From assembly GCF_036321535.1 (NCBI RefSeq), contig NC_087465.1, positions 8,742,001-8,806,000 of the forward strand: a stretch of 64,000 nt of DNA, written 5' to 3'. The notes under the pieces were generated by a model. The model had not been told where the DNA came from. It saw only the letters and a program-made list of their open reading frames with translations, and made no database searches. The position numbers and the translations under genes are program-made. Positions 25,061 to 38,565 of the stretch are shown here, in pieces (position 1 is the stretch's first letter; each line of letters opens with the position of its first letter). The DNA comes from Camelus dromedarius (lineage: Eukaryota).

Positions 25061-25379
25061 TGAGCCTGCTGCCCACAAGGCAGCTGCCTCTGATAACACT
25101 GAAGTCCCTCTGCTCACCTTCTCAAACCCAGTCTTCCCATCCCAGCTCCTCTTCACAGAGGCAGCACCATCACAAAGTTTATGTTTGTTTAGAAGTTACC
25201 CTACATGACATGTATCCTTAATCTTACCTTTTTCTAACAAGTATTAAGTTAAAAATGTCTCTACTCTTCTCCCAAACAAGGCAAGAATCGTAAAATGTTT
25301 TAACTTGTCTCCAAACAGCATCACATGCTCACACCTTTCATGTCATTGGTGTCTAGTATCTTAGCCATCATTTGAACCA

Positions 25380-26110
25380 CCTCTCCCTCAAATTAATAAA
25401 TAGTGCCACATTTCACTAGCCACTCTATATTCAGGCTTACCAGCATGTTTGGTTTATTTTTTTGGTCATGATTTCTTGCATCTGGGCTCCTCTTCCTTGT
25501 TGCTGAAGTGTCTGCATGAGCATTTCTCTCAATGACCGTCTGAAAGCAGGATCGTGAATCATCTGTGTGTATCTGGAAATGTCTTCGTCACTCTCACCTG
25601 GTACAATTTTAGGTTCAAGTTACCTTCCCTCAGTGCTTTGCGATAGGATTCCGTTATTTTCTAGCATCGATTTTTCCCGGTAACTAACTCCTATAATTCC
25701 AATTGTCATTTCTTTTTAAGTTTGAGAGTAACCTGTCTTTTCCTCCCTGGTGTCTTCAAATGTTTTCCTTCTTCTTCCTTACAGTTCTGGGGTTTAACCT
25801 AGTCTGTGTCTAGATATGGATTATTTTTCTATTTACACTGCTTGAGACATGTGTCTTTTTCTCGTTCTAGAAAACTGTCATTACTTCTTCACATACTCTC
25901 TCTTCTGTCCTTTTTATTTTATCATTCTAGATCTCTAATAAAAACCGCTATCACTTTTCATTGTATCTTTCTATCTTCCATGTCTCTTAACTTATCTTCA
26001 TTGTCTCCAGCTCCTCGCATCTTAGTGATTTCCAGGTGATCTCTTCAACACTATTATCTACTTTACTAGCTCTCTCTCTTCCTGTGTATCTAGACTATTG
26101 TTTAACCTGT
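25380..26110 (-). mobile_element. Old L1M/HAL1-type fragment (ORF1/5' region)
   Basis: T-rich tract with tctggaaatgtcttc, ttccctcagtgctttg, gtgtctagatatggatt and ttctagaaaactgtc motifs typical of antisense old L1M. Confidence 0.55.
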
Positions 26111-26399
26111 AAAGCAAACATTTCCTTCCAAGGCTCAAGTTTTTTGAAAATCCTGGCTTGCCAGCAGCCTGTGATAGGCAAACATTCATTTCAAAGAGCT
26201 GTGTTCCTAAAGCTCATGTGACACTATAGTAAAATGTTTTTTCCCAGATGCAACAACAACAGTAAAAAGAAGTCCAAAACCTCACTGCAGCAGTCATTTT
26301 TAAAGCAGTTCGTAGATGATCGATTATACGCATTGCATTCACCCAGGATCTGCACCGAGGACGGCAGTACAGTAAAGCAACGCGTTTCCCAGAAATGGT

Positions 26400-26563
26400 N
26401 NNNNNNNNNNNNNNNNNNNNNNNNNNNNNNNNNNNNNNNNNNNNNNNNNNNNNNNNNNNNNNNNNNNNNNNNNNNNNNNNNNNNNNNNNNNNNNNNNNNN
26501 NNNNNNNNNNNNNNNNNNNNNNNNNNNNNNNNNNNNNNNNNNNNNNNNNNNNNNNNNNNNNNN
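26400..26563. other. N run, 164 nt (unique, CpG-rich flanks)
   Basis: Read directly from the sequence. Confidence 0.99.
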
Positions 26564-27289
26564 CTATCGCATCCCACTGAGATTAGGGGCGTGCCTTCTG
26601 GAGCATCCCAGTACTTTTTCTTTCATATATTCTTTAAGATAAACTGCTAGGATGTTGACTTTAGTTCCATGTTTAGGACTCTTTTTGGAAACAGGAAACA
26701 AAATGTGAAAAGTAAATACATATGAAGAAATGCATATATTATTTTTATAGTTACAACTTTTAATACCATACTATTCATCTACCTTTTATTCTTGTCAGCC
26801 TTCAAGGCTAAGCTTTCTTTTTTAAAGACTTTCGATACAAGAAGCTACTCAATTATTCAGACAATGTGAGTATTTTTGATAGCATATTGTTTGAGAATTC
26901 GTTTTATATGTAGTACTTTGACCATTGGATTGTTAAACCTTTTAAAATCTGACAAATTCAAAATATCACACAGAGAACCCTCAAGACCAGCAAATCAAGC
27001 TTCTTTTCACTCTCTAGTCTATTTTTCTAACGGTTCTAACTGAAGCAAGTCAGCGTCTTGACATAACCTGACATTTGTCTTGTGATTTAGTAGTCATTCA
27101 TCCTGCATCAGCAAGGGGTACCTGACTACGGTAAGGAGGCTATTTTCATCCTAAACAATCTTTTTACCATAAGGAAAAGGCCACGTCGCCCCGCTTTCAT
27201 TTGGTGAGATTAGGAGAGGCTGGGGGGAAGAGATAGAAGGAATCATAGCGTGCGAACAGGGCAAGGTCAGTTTGGAAAAGGGCAGAAGG

Positions 27290-27600
27290 TCAGGGTCGCT
27301 GTAGCATAGAGTGTGGAGACAGTGGCAAGAAATGAGGCTGCAGGGCTAAGTGGATACCAAATTGTAAAGTCTCTTGCTTGTCACACAAATCAAAGAATCC
27401 TGTGGACAAGGAGGAAATACTGGAGATGCTGGGGAGGGGGATGGTGTGATCAAATGTATTTTAAGGAAGGTCATACCAGTGCACCTGCTAGAAGACGGGA
27501 AAGGACGAGGAGTGAAGTCGGGAAGGAGGCTGTCCCTACAGTCCAGATGACAGACAATGAGAACTTGGACTTAAGCAATGACAGGGGGCATCTCTGGACT
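27290..27600 (-). mobile_element. L2 fragment
   Basis: gaaatgaggctgcaggg...ggtgtgatcaaatgtattttaaggaaggtca...aggaggctgtccctacagtccagatgacagacaatgag. Confidence 0.65.
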
Positions 27601-30600
27601 AGGAGTGCCTGGATTTGGTTAACAATTAACTGTAGGTGTGTATGTAATTAATAATTAAATGCACTGGTAACTATGGAGGTTCACGTTTGAGGGAAAATAT
27701 TGAGCTCAGTTTGGAACAGGTCAAAACCAAAGTGCTGAGGACACTCTGGTTACTTTCCATTGCACGCCCTTCTTTCCACCTACCCCATCCAACAACTGCG
27801 TGCCAGCAACCTGTTATGCACAGCCATGGTCTCCAGATCACGTGTCTATCTTCTAGACTAAACGTCACCCAAAGACACAGGAGGTTTTACCACCGGGGAA
27901 AGCAAGTCTGGGAGCAGGGCCTGTGCCTTTGATTGGCACAGGTGCAAACACACGAAGGTTGCCAACATCACATTATTTTTGCTATATCTCATGGTCTAAT
28001 TACTGATTTTTCAATCATTTATACTGCCTCCTCTGACATTATTTTAATCATAGTCTTTAAAAAACTTGGCTGTGAGTCACTTTTGCAAAATGTGCTCCGA
28101 AAGAGTGGCTGATCTCCTGTCTTTTCTTGTAGGAAATTTCAGTGCCTAATTCCCTACAAGTGAATCTTTTTGCCCCGCCTGCCCAGCCCATTCTCATCAG
28201 GGTATGGTTCCAGGTTACCAGACTCCTCCCCATTTTCTTCCCCCTGCTGTGGCCGAGCACACTAGGGCCCAAGAGACTGGACTGTAAGTCCCTGTAATTT
28301 TTTCTGCCCATAGTCAGGATGAGACGCAGGGCCTCTGCGATCACAGAGCCTGCACAGTTAGGGGTCAAATGACTCAGATGTGAAGAGATGAGAGCTACAG
28401 AATGTCGAAATCAGGCAATTCCCCAACAGGTTTTGACATCAGTAGCATCTGCAAATGTTTCTCCTTTTCACAATCTTGTGTGGAAGCTCTGGAGGCACAG
28501 GGAGTATCTTTATTCCTCTCAGACATCACCAAGGTTAAAGTGCACTCACTGTCTGTATTTCAGCCAAGACATTTTTTTCCAAATCAAGGGGAAAGTGGAC
28601 ACAGAGTTGAGGGAACAATGACATTCAGATCACTGGCTCTTTTTCCGTCTTGCTGCAGACTGTCCAGTCAGTAATTTACCCTTGGACATTTTTAGTCTCA
28701 GGTCAGACATCCTTCTGCCATTTGGCATTCTCCCAGGCCCCATCCTTCTCCATCAGTCAGTGTAAACATTAGCCAAGCATAATTAGGAAGGTAAATCTGC
28801 TGTGGAAATGATCATGATTTCATTTAGACTTAGTCAGTGTTAAACAATGAGCTGTCAGTTAATTTTCTTTTCCTGGAAGTTTAAAAACAAATAACAGACT
28901 AATCACCCAGACACATCTAAACTGTGTCTAAGTCAACCCCACAGCGCATTTTTCTGATCCCAATAGCTGTGTTCTCATTTCAGCACAAAGAAATGAGTCT
29001 TTGGGTAGGAAGACAGGAGTGCAAAGATGAAGGGAGACTAGCGGGCACCCCTGTGTACCAGGACCCTCCTGGATCATTTAGGTATTTCCGCCGCTAACAA
29101 AACTTACTACTTACACTGATTTGCAGAACTGACAGTCTGTTGTGCCAGAATGATCAACATTAGCGGGGAGCATTGCACTGTTCAGCTGTGGATTTAGTCT
29201 GGAGTCGCAGAAGAGGATGATATGCCTGCGAGTAGCACCTCTCAGAGTGTGAAGTGCACCTCCTGGGCTGGCAGGGCCCCCCCCAAGCAAGGTGAAGGAA
29301 AGGGAGGGGGGAATGAATGAATGAATCATGTCTCCTCTTTTACTTGGGATTTGCCAAAACTAGAACCTGGCACTGAATGCTCAGGGCTGAAACACTCCAC
29401 AGTTAGTTCCTTTCGTGTGCTAGATCGAAACGGATCCGGCTTAGGAAAGCCGAAAAATGAGCACTGGAGGCTCTCCCCATATGGCAGAAGTAAGAGCCTT
29501 TTCTTCCCCAACATCCCAGTGTTGGCATGTTTCTAATGTTCTGCCTTCAGAAGAGATCTGGATCTGAGATTCCAAACATTGAGTCTTGAGAAGTTCTTTC
29601 AGCAATGCCTTCAAGATTATGGTGCAGCCCGAAGGTTCCCGGCAGAGCCAACAGCAGTGTTCTCTGCACACACGAGGAACTAGCCACCTCCATGCACCAC
29701 AATACATTAAGCATCTCACAGTAAATACTCCTGCTGAAATAAAAGCCTTAATTTTCTCAGCCTCAAATGAATTATAAAGATAATCCATTTACCAGTTACA
29801 TACACGCCCAGTGGAAGTTGTTACGGTGCAGTGAACGTGCATCTCCTGTCCAAAGATGATGCTACGGTTAGACTGGGGGACAGGGCTCTCTCCCCAACAG
29901 TGGTGATGCGTTCACACACAGCTCATGACGTGCTTTCTGTTCCTCCTGCTGGTGACCAGAATCCCCATTTGTCAGACAGTTCGCCAGAATTGAGGCCATC
30001 ATGGCAAAGTATGTTAAAGCTTATAGATTATTGTTACTATCAATGTTAACTTTTTTTTTACTGCTACCAAAATCTGCATAATCTGTAGAGTGAGATTTTT
30101 TTAGATGTTGTAAGCTACACGATGAAGCAAGTAAGCCCCTTACGTACATTATATCCCATATCCCATATGTACGTTAAATTGCTTAAGGTAAAATATTATT
30201 TTCAGTAAATAAATTATTATTAAAAGAAGAACGATTGTAAGGATGATAATTAAATAGAGTTATAAAGAGAATCAATGAACTCTTTCTCAAGAGGTGTATG
30301 ATATGACTCCTAATTTTATTGCCTTAGACCAAAAAGTAGTACAAAACTGAGAAAACAAAACATAGGTACAAAGTGATGTTTAAGTTATAAAACTAAATAA
30401 AACTAAAGTTGAAATGAACTACTCAGCATTCATTCTGGAAAACAACTATGCAACTATATCTCCATCTCTTTTCAACTCCAGGTTTCAAGTAACTTTAGCT
30501 TAGTTTTTGTCAAGAACTCAGTGCACATAATATCTCCAAAATTTAAGTGGTGGGTCACTATCAGACAGTAACTTACCATTTCTAATACTAATCAAGAGAA

Positions 30601-31294
30601 AATGCTAATTAAAATCCATTTAGGAACTTATCTCATGGTTTTAGATAAACAGATAAATGAGAGATGACAAAGAAGTTTCCCCATCTTGCAAGCTCCAGAT
30701 ATAGCTTCACTAGCTAAGCATGTAACATTTGACTAGAACAATATAATATTATGAGGACATAGATTAGATAATCTCTTTTTAATTTGATACTATTATTCCC
30801 TTCTTCCCCCATTGACAGGACGTGTGCTTCGAAGCAGTGCGATGTGAAAGACAAAAGCAAGAAGCATGTAGTCAGAAAATATGGGGCCTTTGCTCTACCA
30901 TTTACAAAATCAGCTTTATAACTGAAATAATAACAATCATTTCCCTACATTCTTCACATGGTGACTTTCAAATGCCAAGGAAATAAGAGAGCGAAATTAT
31001 TTGGAGGCTTGACATAGTTCCTGCAAGAAAAGCAATGCAACAAAGAGTGTGTCCCTCTAGGATATGTTTGTTCTGCCGCAGGAGGTATCCCTCGGAGCAT
31101 CTGACGAGCCATAACACTAGACACGGAAATTCAGACTCTCAGGCCACTCTGACAAGATTCTCAGATAATTACATGCATGCTAAAGTTTAAAAACTGTCTA
31201 AAGTTCTAGAATTGTTCATAGGGGAGGATCAAAATATTGTGCAAATGTAGATTCAGTTTAGGGTATACATGATAAAATTTCCAGCGTAATCACT

Positions 31295-31450
31295 TTTTCT
31301 AAAGTGTGCAAATTTTAAAAACACTGAACCCGGTTTCCCACCGCAGAGACTGTGATTGAATTGGTCCATGGCATGAAACTGAGATTATGATTTTTGAAAA
31401 CTTCCCCAGACACTTGTGATGTATAGTCAAAGTGGAGACACAGTGTGCTA
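31295..31450. mobile_element. MER5-type fragment
   Basis: cccaccgcagagactgtgattgaattggtcc...atttttgaaaacttccccag...tgatgtatagtcaaagt. Confidence 0.5.
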
Positions 31451-31654
31451 AGTCACTGAGCTCACATAAATATTTTCTTAGTATCTAGAACTTGATGGGT
31501 GCTAAATATAAAATGAATACTCTTCAATATGTCCTAAAGAAAAGAAAATATGCCCAACTAAATAACAAACACATATAATGGAGGAGTAACTTTTCTACCT
31601 TGTTAAGAAAAGGTGAAGACAATGGGTAGCCAAGGAGTAAGATAATCCACACTC

Positions 31655-31782
31655 TAAAATAGGGAATATGAAGAAGAATAGGTGTGTGTCTGTGTGTGTA
31701 TAACTGAATCACCGTGCTGTACACCAGAGACTAATGCAACATTATAAATCGACTCTACTTCAATAAAAAAAAAAGAAAAAAA
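31655..31782 (+). mobile_element. Short 5'-truncated artiodactyl-type L1 3' tail
   Basis: gaatatgaagaagaata...tgtataactgaatcaccgtgctgtacaccagagactaatgcaacattataaatcgactctacttcaataaaa plus poly(A). Possible TSD aaaatag. Confidence 0.85.
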
Positions 31783-31795
31783 TAGTTCTAAACTC

Positions 31796-32372
31796 TGTAT
31801 GAGTTTTGTATTGCTGCTATAACAAATTACTACACACTTAATTGCTTAGAGCAACACATTTATCTTACAGGTCAAAGTCCAACAGGGATCTCCCTGAGCT
31901 AAAATCAAGGTGTCGAGCACTGTGCCCCTTTCTGGAGGCTCCAGGAAGAAATCTATTTTCTGCTTATTCAGGTTGTTGGAAGAATTCGGTTCCTTGCAGT
32001 TGTAGGTCTGAGGTCCCTGTTTTCTTGTCAGCTATCAACTGAAGTTTGCTCCCTTGTTCTAGAAGCCGCCTGCTTTCCATAAATTATGGTCCCCCTCTCC
32101 CATTTTCAAAGCCAGCAATGATGGGTCAAGCCCCTCTCACACTTCAGATCTCTCCTGCCTCTTCTTCCTGTCTCATCTGTCTCCTCTGCCTCCCACATCC
32201 ACTGTTAAGGACCCCTGTAGTTACATTGGGTCTACCCAGATAATCCAGAATAACTCCTTATTTTAAAATCCATAATCTTAATTCCATCTCAAAGTTCCTT
32301 TGATGTGTAAGATAACATACTCACAGGAATTTGGGCGTGCACATCATTGGGGCCATTATTCTGCCAACTACA
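31796..32372 (-). mobile_element. MLT1E/F-like solo LTR
   Basis: tgtatgagtttt...gctgctataacaaattac...gctaaaatcaaggtgtc...ttcaaagccagcaatg...cccagataatccagaataa...ggggccattattctgccaactaca. Confidence 0.88.
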
Positions 32373-32849
32373 TCCACCTTCACTGGACAGAGGCCACAAT
32401 GTACATTCAATAGGTCCCTCTTCTCTGCCTACTGGAAAGATAACAATTAGGAAACAAGTTTCAGACAAGACTGGGAGTGAATCTAACAGTATCTGTATGT
32501 ACATGCCATCAGAATGTTTCAGGCATTCACTCGGGGTCATTAAAGAAAGGCTTACTAAATGCCTATTGTGGACCAAAAGCCTTAGGGTGAGTACTAAACA
32601 AAAGACGGCCAAGTGCTGGTCCCTGAACTGCAGAAGCTGCCAGCGAAGTGACAGGAAGGAAGTCAACCAACCACAACGCCATGTGGCAAGTGTGTGGTGA
32701 AGGTGGGTCTGAGGGCAGGAGGAAGAAGCAGACACATGGAGAAGGGGATTCCAAGGAGGCTCCTAGAAGGAAGTGCAGCCTGAATAATGGGGATGACACA
32801 CACACAGAAGCTGGAGTGTCCAGTGTGATGCAGTCTGGAACACATTTGG

Positions 32850-33020
32850 GGAGTGATGGGAGATGCGAGGAGAGGAAGGCAGGAGACAGTTCACCAGCAT
32901 CATGTACGTGGATCATAATAGGGTCTGGATGGTACCACAAAGGCATTGGGAATCCATGAAGGATTTTAAGCAGAGATGTAATCAGATTTTCTTTTTCGAA
33001 AGATCACTCATGAAACAGGG
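32850..33020 (-). mobile_element. L2 fragment
   Basis: cattgggaatccatgaaggattttaagcagagatgtaatcagatttt...gaaagatcact. Confidence 0.6.
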
Positions 33021-33979
33021 AAGAACTAAAAGAGGAAACTTGAAAATAATTTCCAACCCACTCACTCAGGGATAAAAGAAATCTATACAGCCATATATAA
33101 TAAAATTAAACCTTAGAAGCTGGGATGAGGAGCTGTTAAAAGTTAATTCCTCTTTTAGTCTCAATTTATAAATTCTTGGTGGTAATTGTATAGGGACAAT
33201 CTGAAGGCACATTTTTTTTTTCCTCCATAAGGTGTTGTGGCAATGTTCCAGGGAGATCTGGAAATGGGCGCAGCAGATCTCAAACTTAGTCCATCACCCA
33301 AGAGCACAAGAGCTGCCCCCACACCATCTTCATGGCTTTATTCAAACCACAACCTTCCCTCCCATAGGCCCACTCAACTCCCTCCATAGATAGACTCCTG
33401 AGAAATCATATCACATTTTAAATCCAGCAAAAGACATTTCTATTTAAAGAAATCCTATAATTCCAGACCATATTTTCTGCAAAGAAGAGTAATATATTTC
33501 ATAACCCAAAATTCAGAAAAATATAAAGAAGTTTTGTTGCAAATTCTTCAATTTTTTCCTATAAGAACACTTCTAAAAATGTGATCATACTCTAATGTTT
33601 TTCTGTTACCTCCTGTTTTTAAACTTAATATATTAGGTGAATTATTTTGTCCTAAAATATTATTCTAAAATAGTTTAAATGACCACAGAGAAGTCCATTA
33701 TATGATAGTACTATAATTTTCTTTAACAATAACTTATTAATCTCCTAGTATTGATTCTTTCTTTTCTCTTTTGCTTTTTTGACACAATTAATACTATAAT
33801 AAAAATATTTTAAGCATCTTTGATTTTCTGAGAATAGACTCCTTTTGAAATTTTTCTTTCTTATGCATTCATAATTTAATTTAAAAAAAAAAGTTACCCA
33901 CAATTCTTTTTGGTCATTGGCTGAAATCAGCAGGAAGAGAATATTTTAGAACCAGGGATTAGCAACACAGAGAAGGATA

Positions 33980-34110
33980 CAAATGCTCATTAAACACCTA
34001 CCCCAGAACAGCCACTATGCCAAGCACTGGGGATACAACCACAGCAAGATCCACATGGCCTCCCCCTCCCTGAGTTCACCATCTAACCAGGTAGAAACAC
34101 TTAGAGAAAT
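33980..34110 (-). mobile_element. L2 3' fragment
   Basis: ctcattaaacacctac...tatgccaagcactggggatacaacc. Confidence 0.55.
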
Positions 34111-34737
34111 GACACCAGAGAATGATATGAGAATGACATTAGAACTAATGCCAAAAATTGCACCTATAAATAATTTTTTCAGGGCTACTGATTTTTAAGC
34201 CTCATTGTCTATTAATTCCTCATCCTTCACAAATATTAATCAAAGTTACCCCCACATCTATACTAGTTTCTTTCATTAGATCTTAGACCCTTATGCATCA
34301 GAGAACATTTTGCCTTTGTTAGGACTGTAGTATCTTGTCTTGAATTTTGAAAAATGGCTCCTTTCTCCGATAGAAGGTCACTCAGTCATACCCTATTAAC
34401 CCTGCCCTGATGGTATTTTTAGATCCTGATTTGTAGATGGATGTTTGAGGAACACAGACCTCTTTCTTGGTCCCCCAGGTGGCATCTTGCAGGTAACCAC
34501 GAGCTTACATTTGTTTTAAAGGTTCCCAAATTTATGTTTCTTAGTATAAAACAAAGAATGAACTAGATGATCTGCTTAGCTTTTAAGACTTAAATGCAAT
34601 CATTTCCCTCACTACTTGCACCAAGCTAGGCACTTTTTAACTCAAAGGCTTCCAACAGAAAAGAATATTTACAAAACAAAAGGGAAGGACAAATGGTAGG
34701 GGGGTAGGAGTGCAAACTTTTTCGGAAGAATGTGCTA

Positions 34738-34973
34738 NNNNNNNNNNNNNNNNNNNNNNNNNNNNNNNNNNNNNNNNNNNNNNNNNNNNNNNNNNNNNNN
34801 NNNNNNNNNNNNNNNNNNNNNNNNNNNNNNNNNNNNNNNNNNNNNNNNNNNNNNNNNNNNNNNNNNNNNNNNNNNNNNNNNNNNNNNNNNNNNNNNNNNN
34901 NNNNNNNNNNNNNNNNNNNNNNNNNNNNNNNNNNNNNNNNNNNNNNNNNNNNNNNNNNNNNNNNNNNNNNNNN
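34738..34973. other. N run, 236 nt (unique flanks)
   Basis: Read directly from the sequence. Confidence 0.99.
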
Positions 34974-35879
34974 TACCTCTCCATACAAATAAAAATCTTC
35001 ACTGGTGGGTGGATGGAGTTTCACTTCTGGGTAGGGGGCCACCAGTGGCAAAGTCCACCTGCTCCAGACGCCTCACCTATGAAGCCATGGAGAGGGTGGT
35101 GGGAAGGGACGCTCTGTCTCTTCCCAGTCTTCACATCTCCTGGGAGTGACTGTTTAGCTTGGCCCCACTCTCTTCTACCTTGTCAACCAGAACTTTGTAT
35201 AAAATTCAGTTTATTTAACTTTATGGAGGGATTCTTTTCCAGTAGTCTTCAGGAAGGACTAGAAAGGATAGCAGGTGAGCAGATGGTTACAGCCCGGCTG
35301 CCCTTCACCTTTCCCTTCTCATATCTACAAAGTGTAGAGTCATCTTCCATTTAATACGTCTGTAGAAGGCTCTCTGCAGCAGCATGCTGAATGCATTCTG
35401 GAATATTTCATAGATTAGAGTCTTCAGTGGCGGTAGGACAACACTCAACTTTGTCCAGTCCACACAACCCGCAGTGATGGATCCCAAAATCACTTTCATT
35501 TTCCACTTTTTCTACAGCTTCCAAATCCACATGGAAGGTCATTCATTTTGCTGTTAAAGCACCCATTGTTACAGGCTAATTTATAAACAGAATAAATTAT
35601 TTCAGGAAGGAGATCAAGAAAGCTCTCTTTAAACATACACTCACATACTCACATCCCTTTTATCTACCTGTAATGCCCCAAGTCCTAAATGGAAATTTAT
35701 TCTTTCAGCTTAAAGTTCTGACTACTTCAGATTGAAAATTCAGCTTTCTTGAATATGAATAACCAATAAATAGATGATATGGTGCTTAATCTCACTGGGA
35801 GTCTGGCTGGTATTAATTAAAGTAACGATGGAAGAACCCATGTTCACCTACAAGCTTGATAAAAGTTTATAAAATCAAG

Positions 35880-36320
35880 AACATGTGGGGCTCTTGAGGA
35901 CGTGGACAGCTCCTTCTCATGCACTGGTGGTGGGACCATGAATTGCTACAAACTTTTCATAAAAATAATCTGGCAAATTTTACCTGATGTGTATTTTTTT
36001 AACAATTGACCATTTTAATAATCATAAATAATAATAAGCTAGCAGTAGCTATTACATTAAATATATCCAAACCCACCTCTCAATCTTTGGGACTCTAACC
36101 AACAGAAACCAATATAGTTGCACATAAGGATATACGTAAAAAAAAATTTAATTGCAGCATTGTTTGTGACAGTGTGAGGGGGGTGGATAGCTGAATATAT
36201 TGAAGTATATGAATCCTATGGAAAGTCATGCATTTTTTAATGAATCATTATTTATTAAGCTGAGAAAAATCCATGAAATACATAGTTGAGTGAGAAAAAA
36301 AAGTTACAGACTATGAATAA
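35880..36320 (+). mobile_element. Old L1ME-type 3' fragments
   Basis: tcatgcactggtggtggga...ctggcaa...gcacataaggatatacgt...attgcagcattgtttgtgacag...gttgagtgagaaaaaaagttaca. Confidence 0.55.
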
Positions 36321-36324
36321 GAGA

Positions 36325-36580
36325 TCATACACTGCAGTGGTTCCAGGCATGGACTCTGGAGCTAGATATTGTTTTACGGCCTATATTTTTAGCAGTGTGG
36401 CCTTAGATGAGGTTCTTAATCTCTCCAAAGCTCAGTTTCCTCATCTATAAAGTGGGTATAAAAATAATAATGATGGTACCATCCATATCACAGGGCTTGA
36501 GTAAATATTAACTAAAAAGGGTGTAATGGGGAGACTGAAGGACACAAAGCATGCAGCCAATTAATGCTAATTCCCTTCTC
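36325..36580 (+). mobile_element. MIR
   Basis: gcagtggttccaggcatggactctggagctaga...gtgtggccttag...ctcagtttcctcatctataaagtggg. Confidence 0.85.
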
Positions 36581-36639
36581 CCTTCGCCTCTGAAATGAAT
36601 TGGCAAGTAGAAAGCCCAGGGACCATCAACAGTAATTTG

Positions 36640-36930
36640 ACTCAATGGAAATGAGCAGCCTTGAGGTTAGATCTGGCTTCAAATCTCTGTTCAGCCACTT
36701 GATGACTATGTGAGCTTGGGAGCCTCATTTCCATACCTCATAGCAGTTCTTGTAAGAAATAAATCAGATGTGTGCAATGCACACAGTTATGTGTGTGTGT
36801 GTGTGTGTGTGTGTATGCTTTGCCCCAGAGGATATGTCCAAAATTTTAACCCCTAATGTTGCATAGATACCAACTAACTGGAATGATCCTTGGTTGTTGG
36901 CACATAGTAGGTGCTCAATAAATATACATT
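36640..36930 (+). mobile_element. MIR fragments around a (GT)12 microsatellite (36791-36814)
   Basis: ggcttcaaatctctgttcagccacttgatgactatgtgagcttggg...tggcacatagtaggtgctcaataaat. GT repeat read directly. Confidence 0.65.
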
Positions 36931-37479
36931 TTAATTCCTTTATTTCTCTTATTTAATAAAAAAACTTATTTTTGAGTACTTAATTTGAGCTCAGTAATAT
37001 ACTTTCCTTGATGGGAAAGGATAATTCTGATACTTAGATAAGTAAAAGGGAAAGAGTTTTTGTGCAAAGGCAGTTGAACCAAGTTTCACTGCTTTGCAGT
37101 TCCTAGATCACTGCCATATACTCATCAATAGACCAAAAAATCAAACAAAATCAAACCCTCACATTCCTCACAGCAGTGTGACTTTACTGCAAAGTTCCTA
37201 TAATAAAATGCCAAAGCAACACCGAACAGGAAATCCAGAGAGAGGAGCTGTACATTTAAGTTCACAGTCAAAGAAAGGGCAGGGAAATGGGAGGCTCAGC
37301 ACGGCTGCCGTTCCCTAACCAAGTTAATACTAATGGAATTTGTGATTGCTAGAAAAGAGGATCACTACACTCCCCGGAAAAAGAAAAACATTGTTTCACT
37401 AAATGGGCGGGGGTTTTTTCTCATGCACTGAGAAGGCTAGGGCAGTTGCAATGGAACCAAGCTCCTGTTATCCTTTGAC

Positions 37480-37830
37480 CCAGTCACCCTTCAAATGAGT
37501 TTGTCTCCTCATGGTCATGAGATAGCTGCTGCAACTCCAACCATCACACCTACATTCTGCCAGAAGAATGGAAGGCAGAGTGAAGAACTTATCCAGTCTT
37601 CCTGGGACTGTCTGGGCTTTAAGACTGAAAGTCTCACCTCTCTGAAACTCCCACAATTCCAGGCAAACCAGGACAGTTGTTCACCCCAAAGAGAAGGCAA
37701 CAGTCAGCTGGGTCTGTCCCACTGTCTTCAGGCTCTTTCTCAGAAGTCCTACCCAAACAACTTCACAAAACTCATTGGCTAGAAGTTAACCCCGTGTGCC
37801 CATTTGCAAGGAAGGCTGGGAAATGCACAC
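37480..37830 (-). mobile_element. Old MLT1 (J/K/L-like) LTR fragment
   Basis: ctcatggtcatgagatagctgctgcaactcca...ctcattggctagaag...tgcaaggaaggctgggaaatg. Confidence 0.65.
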
Positions 37831-38353
37831 GGCCACCGCACTGAATTCTGTGTCCTGGCAAGAAGAGGGGAGCTAGGCACTGAACAGGCCATCTCTTTCT
37901 CACTTAGTGAGCCCAGAATGGCACAGCCCATGGAGCCCCATATCACTCCTTAACCCTAAAACCCTACTCTAAGCCCAAAAGCATTCTTAGAGTTCTAAGT
38001 ACCTGCCACAACAGAGGTGACAACACTCAGGAATTTAGCAAATTAGAGGACCATCGAGTTGAGAAAAGCTGGGGTGGGGCTACTGAAACTGTTAACTGCC
38101 GGAGGCTCCCTGTGGGCTCTGGATCTCAGGGTCCTGTGTAAAATGACCCCAGCAAGGCGGTAGGGACTGGTTTCGAACGACACCCCTCCCACGGGTGTGC
38201 ATCTCTGCCTCGTATCTAAGCTCCAGCAAGCTGAGGAAGGAAGAAGGATGCCCAGTCCTACCAGCACTGACAGGGCCCTGATTAGGGATTAAGCTTTCTC
38301 CAATCCCATCTCCACCCAACCACAGAGTGTCGTTTTGAAGAATCATTTGTGGT

Positions 38354-38565
38354 NNNNNNNNNNNNNNNNNNNNNNNNNNNNNNNNNNNNNNNNNNNNNNN
38401 NNNNNNNNNNNNNNNNNNNNNNNNNNNNNNNNNNNNNNNNNNNNNNNNNNNNNNNNNNNNNNNNNNNNNNNNNNNNNNNNNNNNNNNNNNNNNNNNNNNN
38501 NNNNNNNNNNNNNNNNNNNNNNNNNNNNNNNNNNNNNNNNNNNNNNNNNNNNNNNNNNNNNNNNN
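38354..38565. other. N run, 212 nt (unique flanks)
   Basis: Read directly from the sequence. Confidence 0.99.

Noticed and set aside
34626-35354. Five overlapping ORFs of 86-214 aa
   Set aside because: All depend on the 236-N run, and the readable parts are not protein-like.
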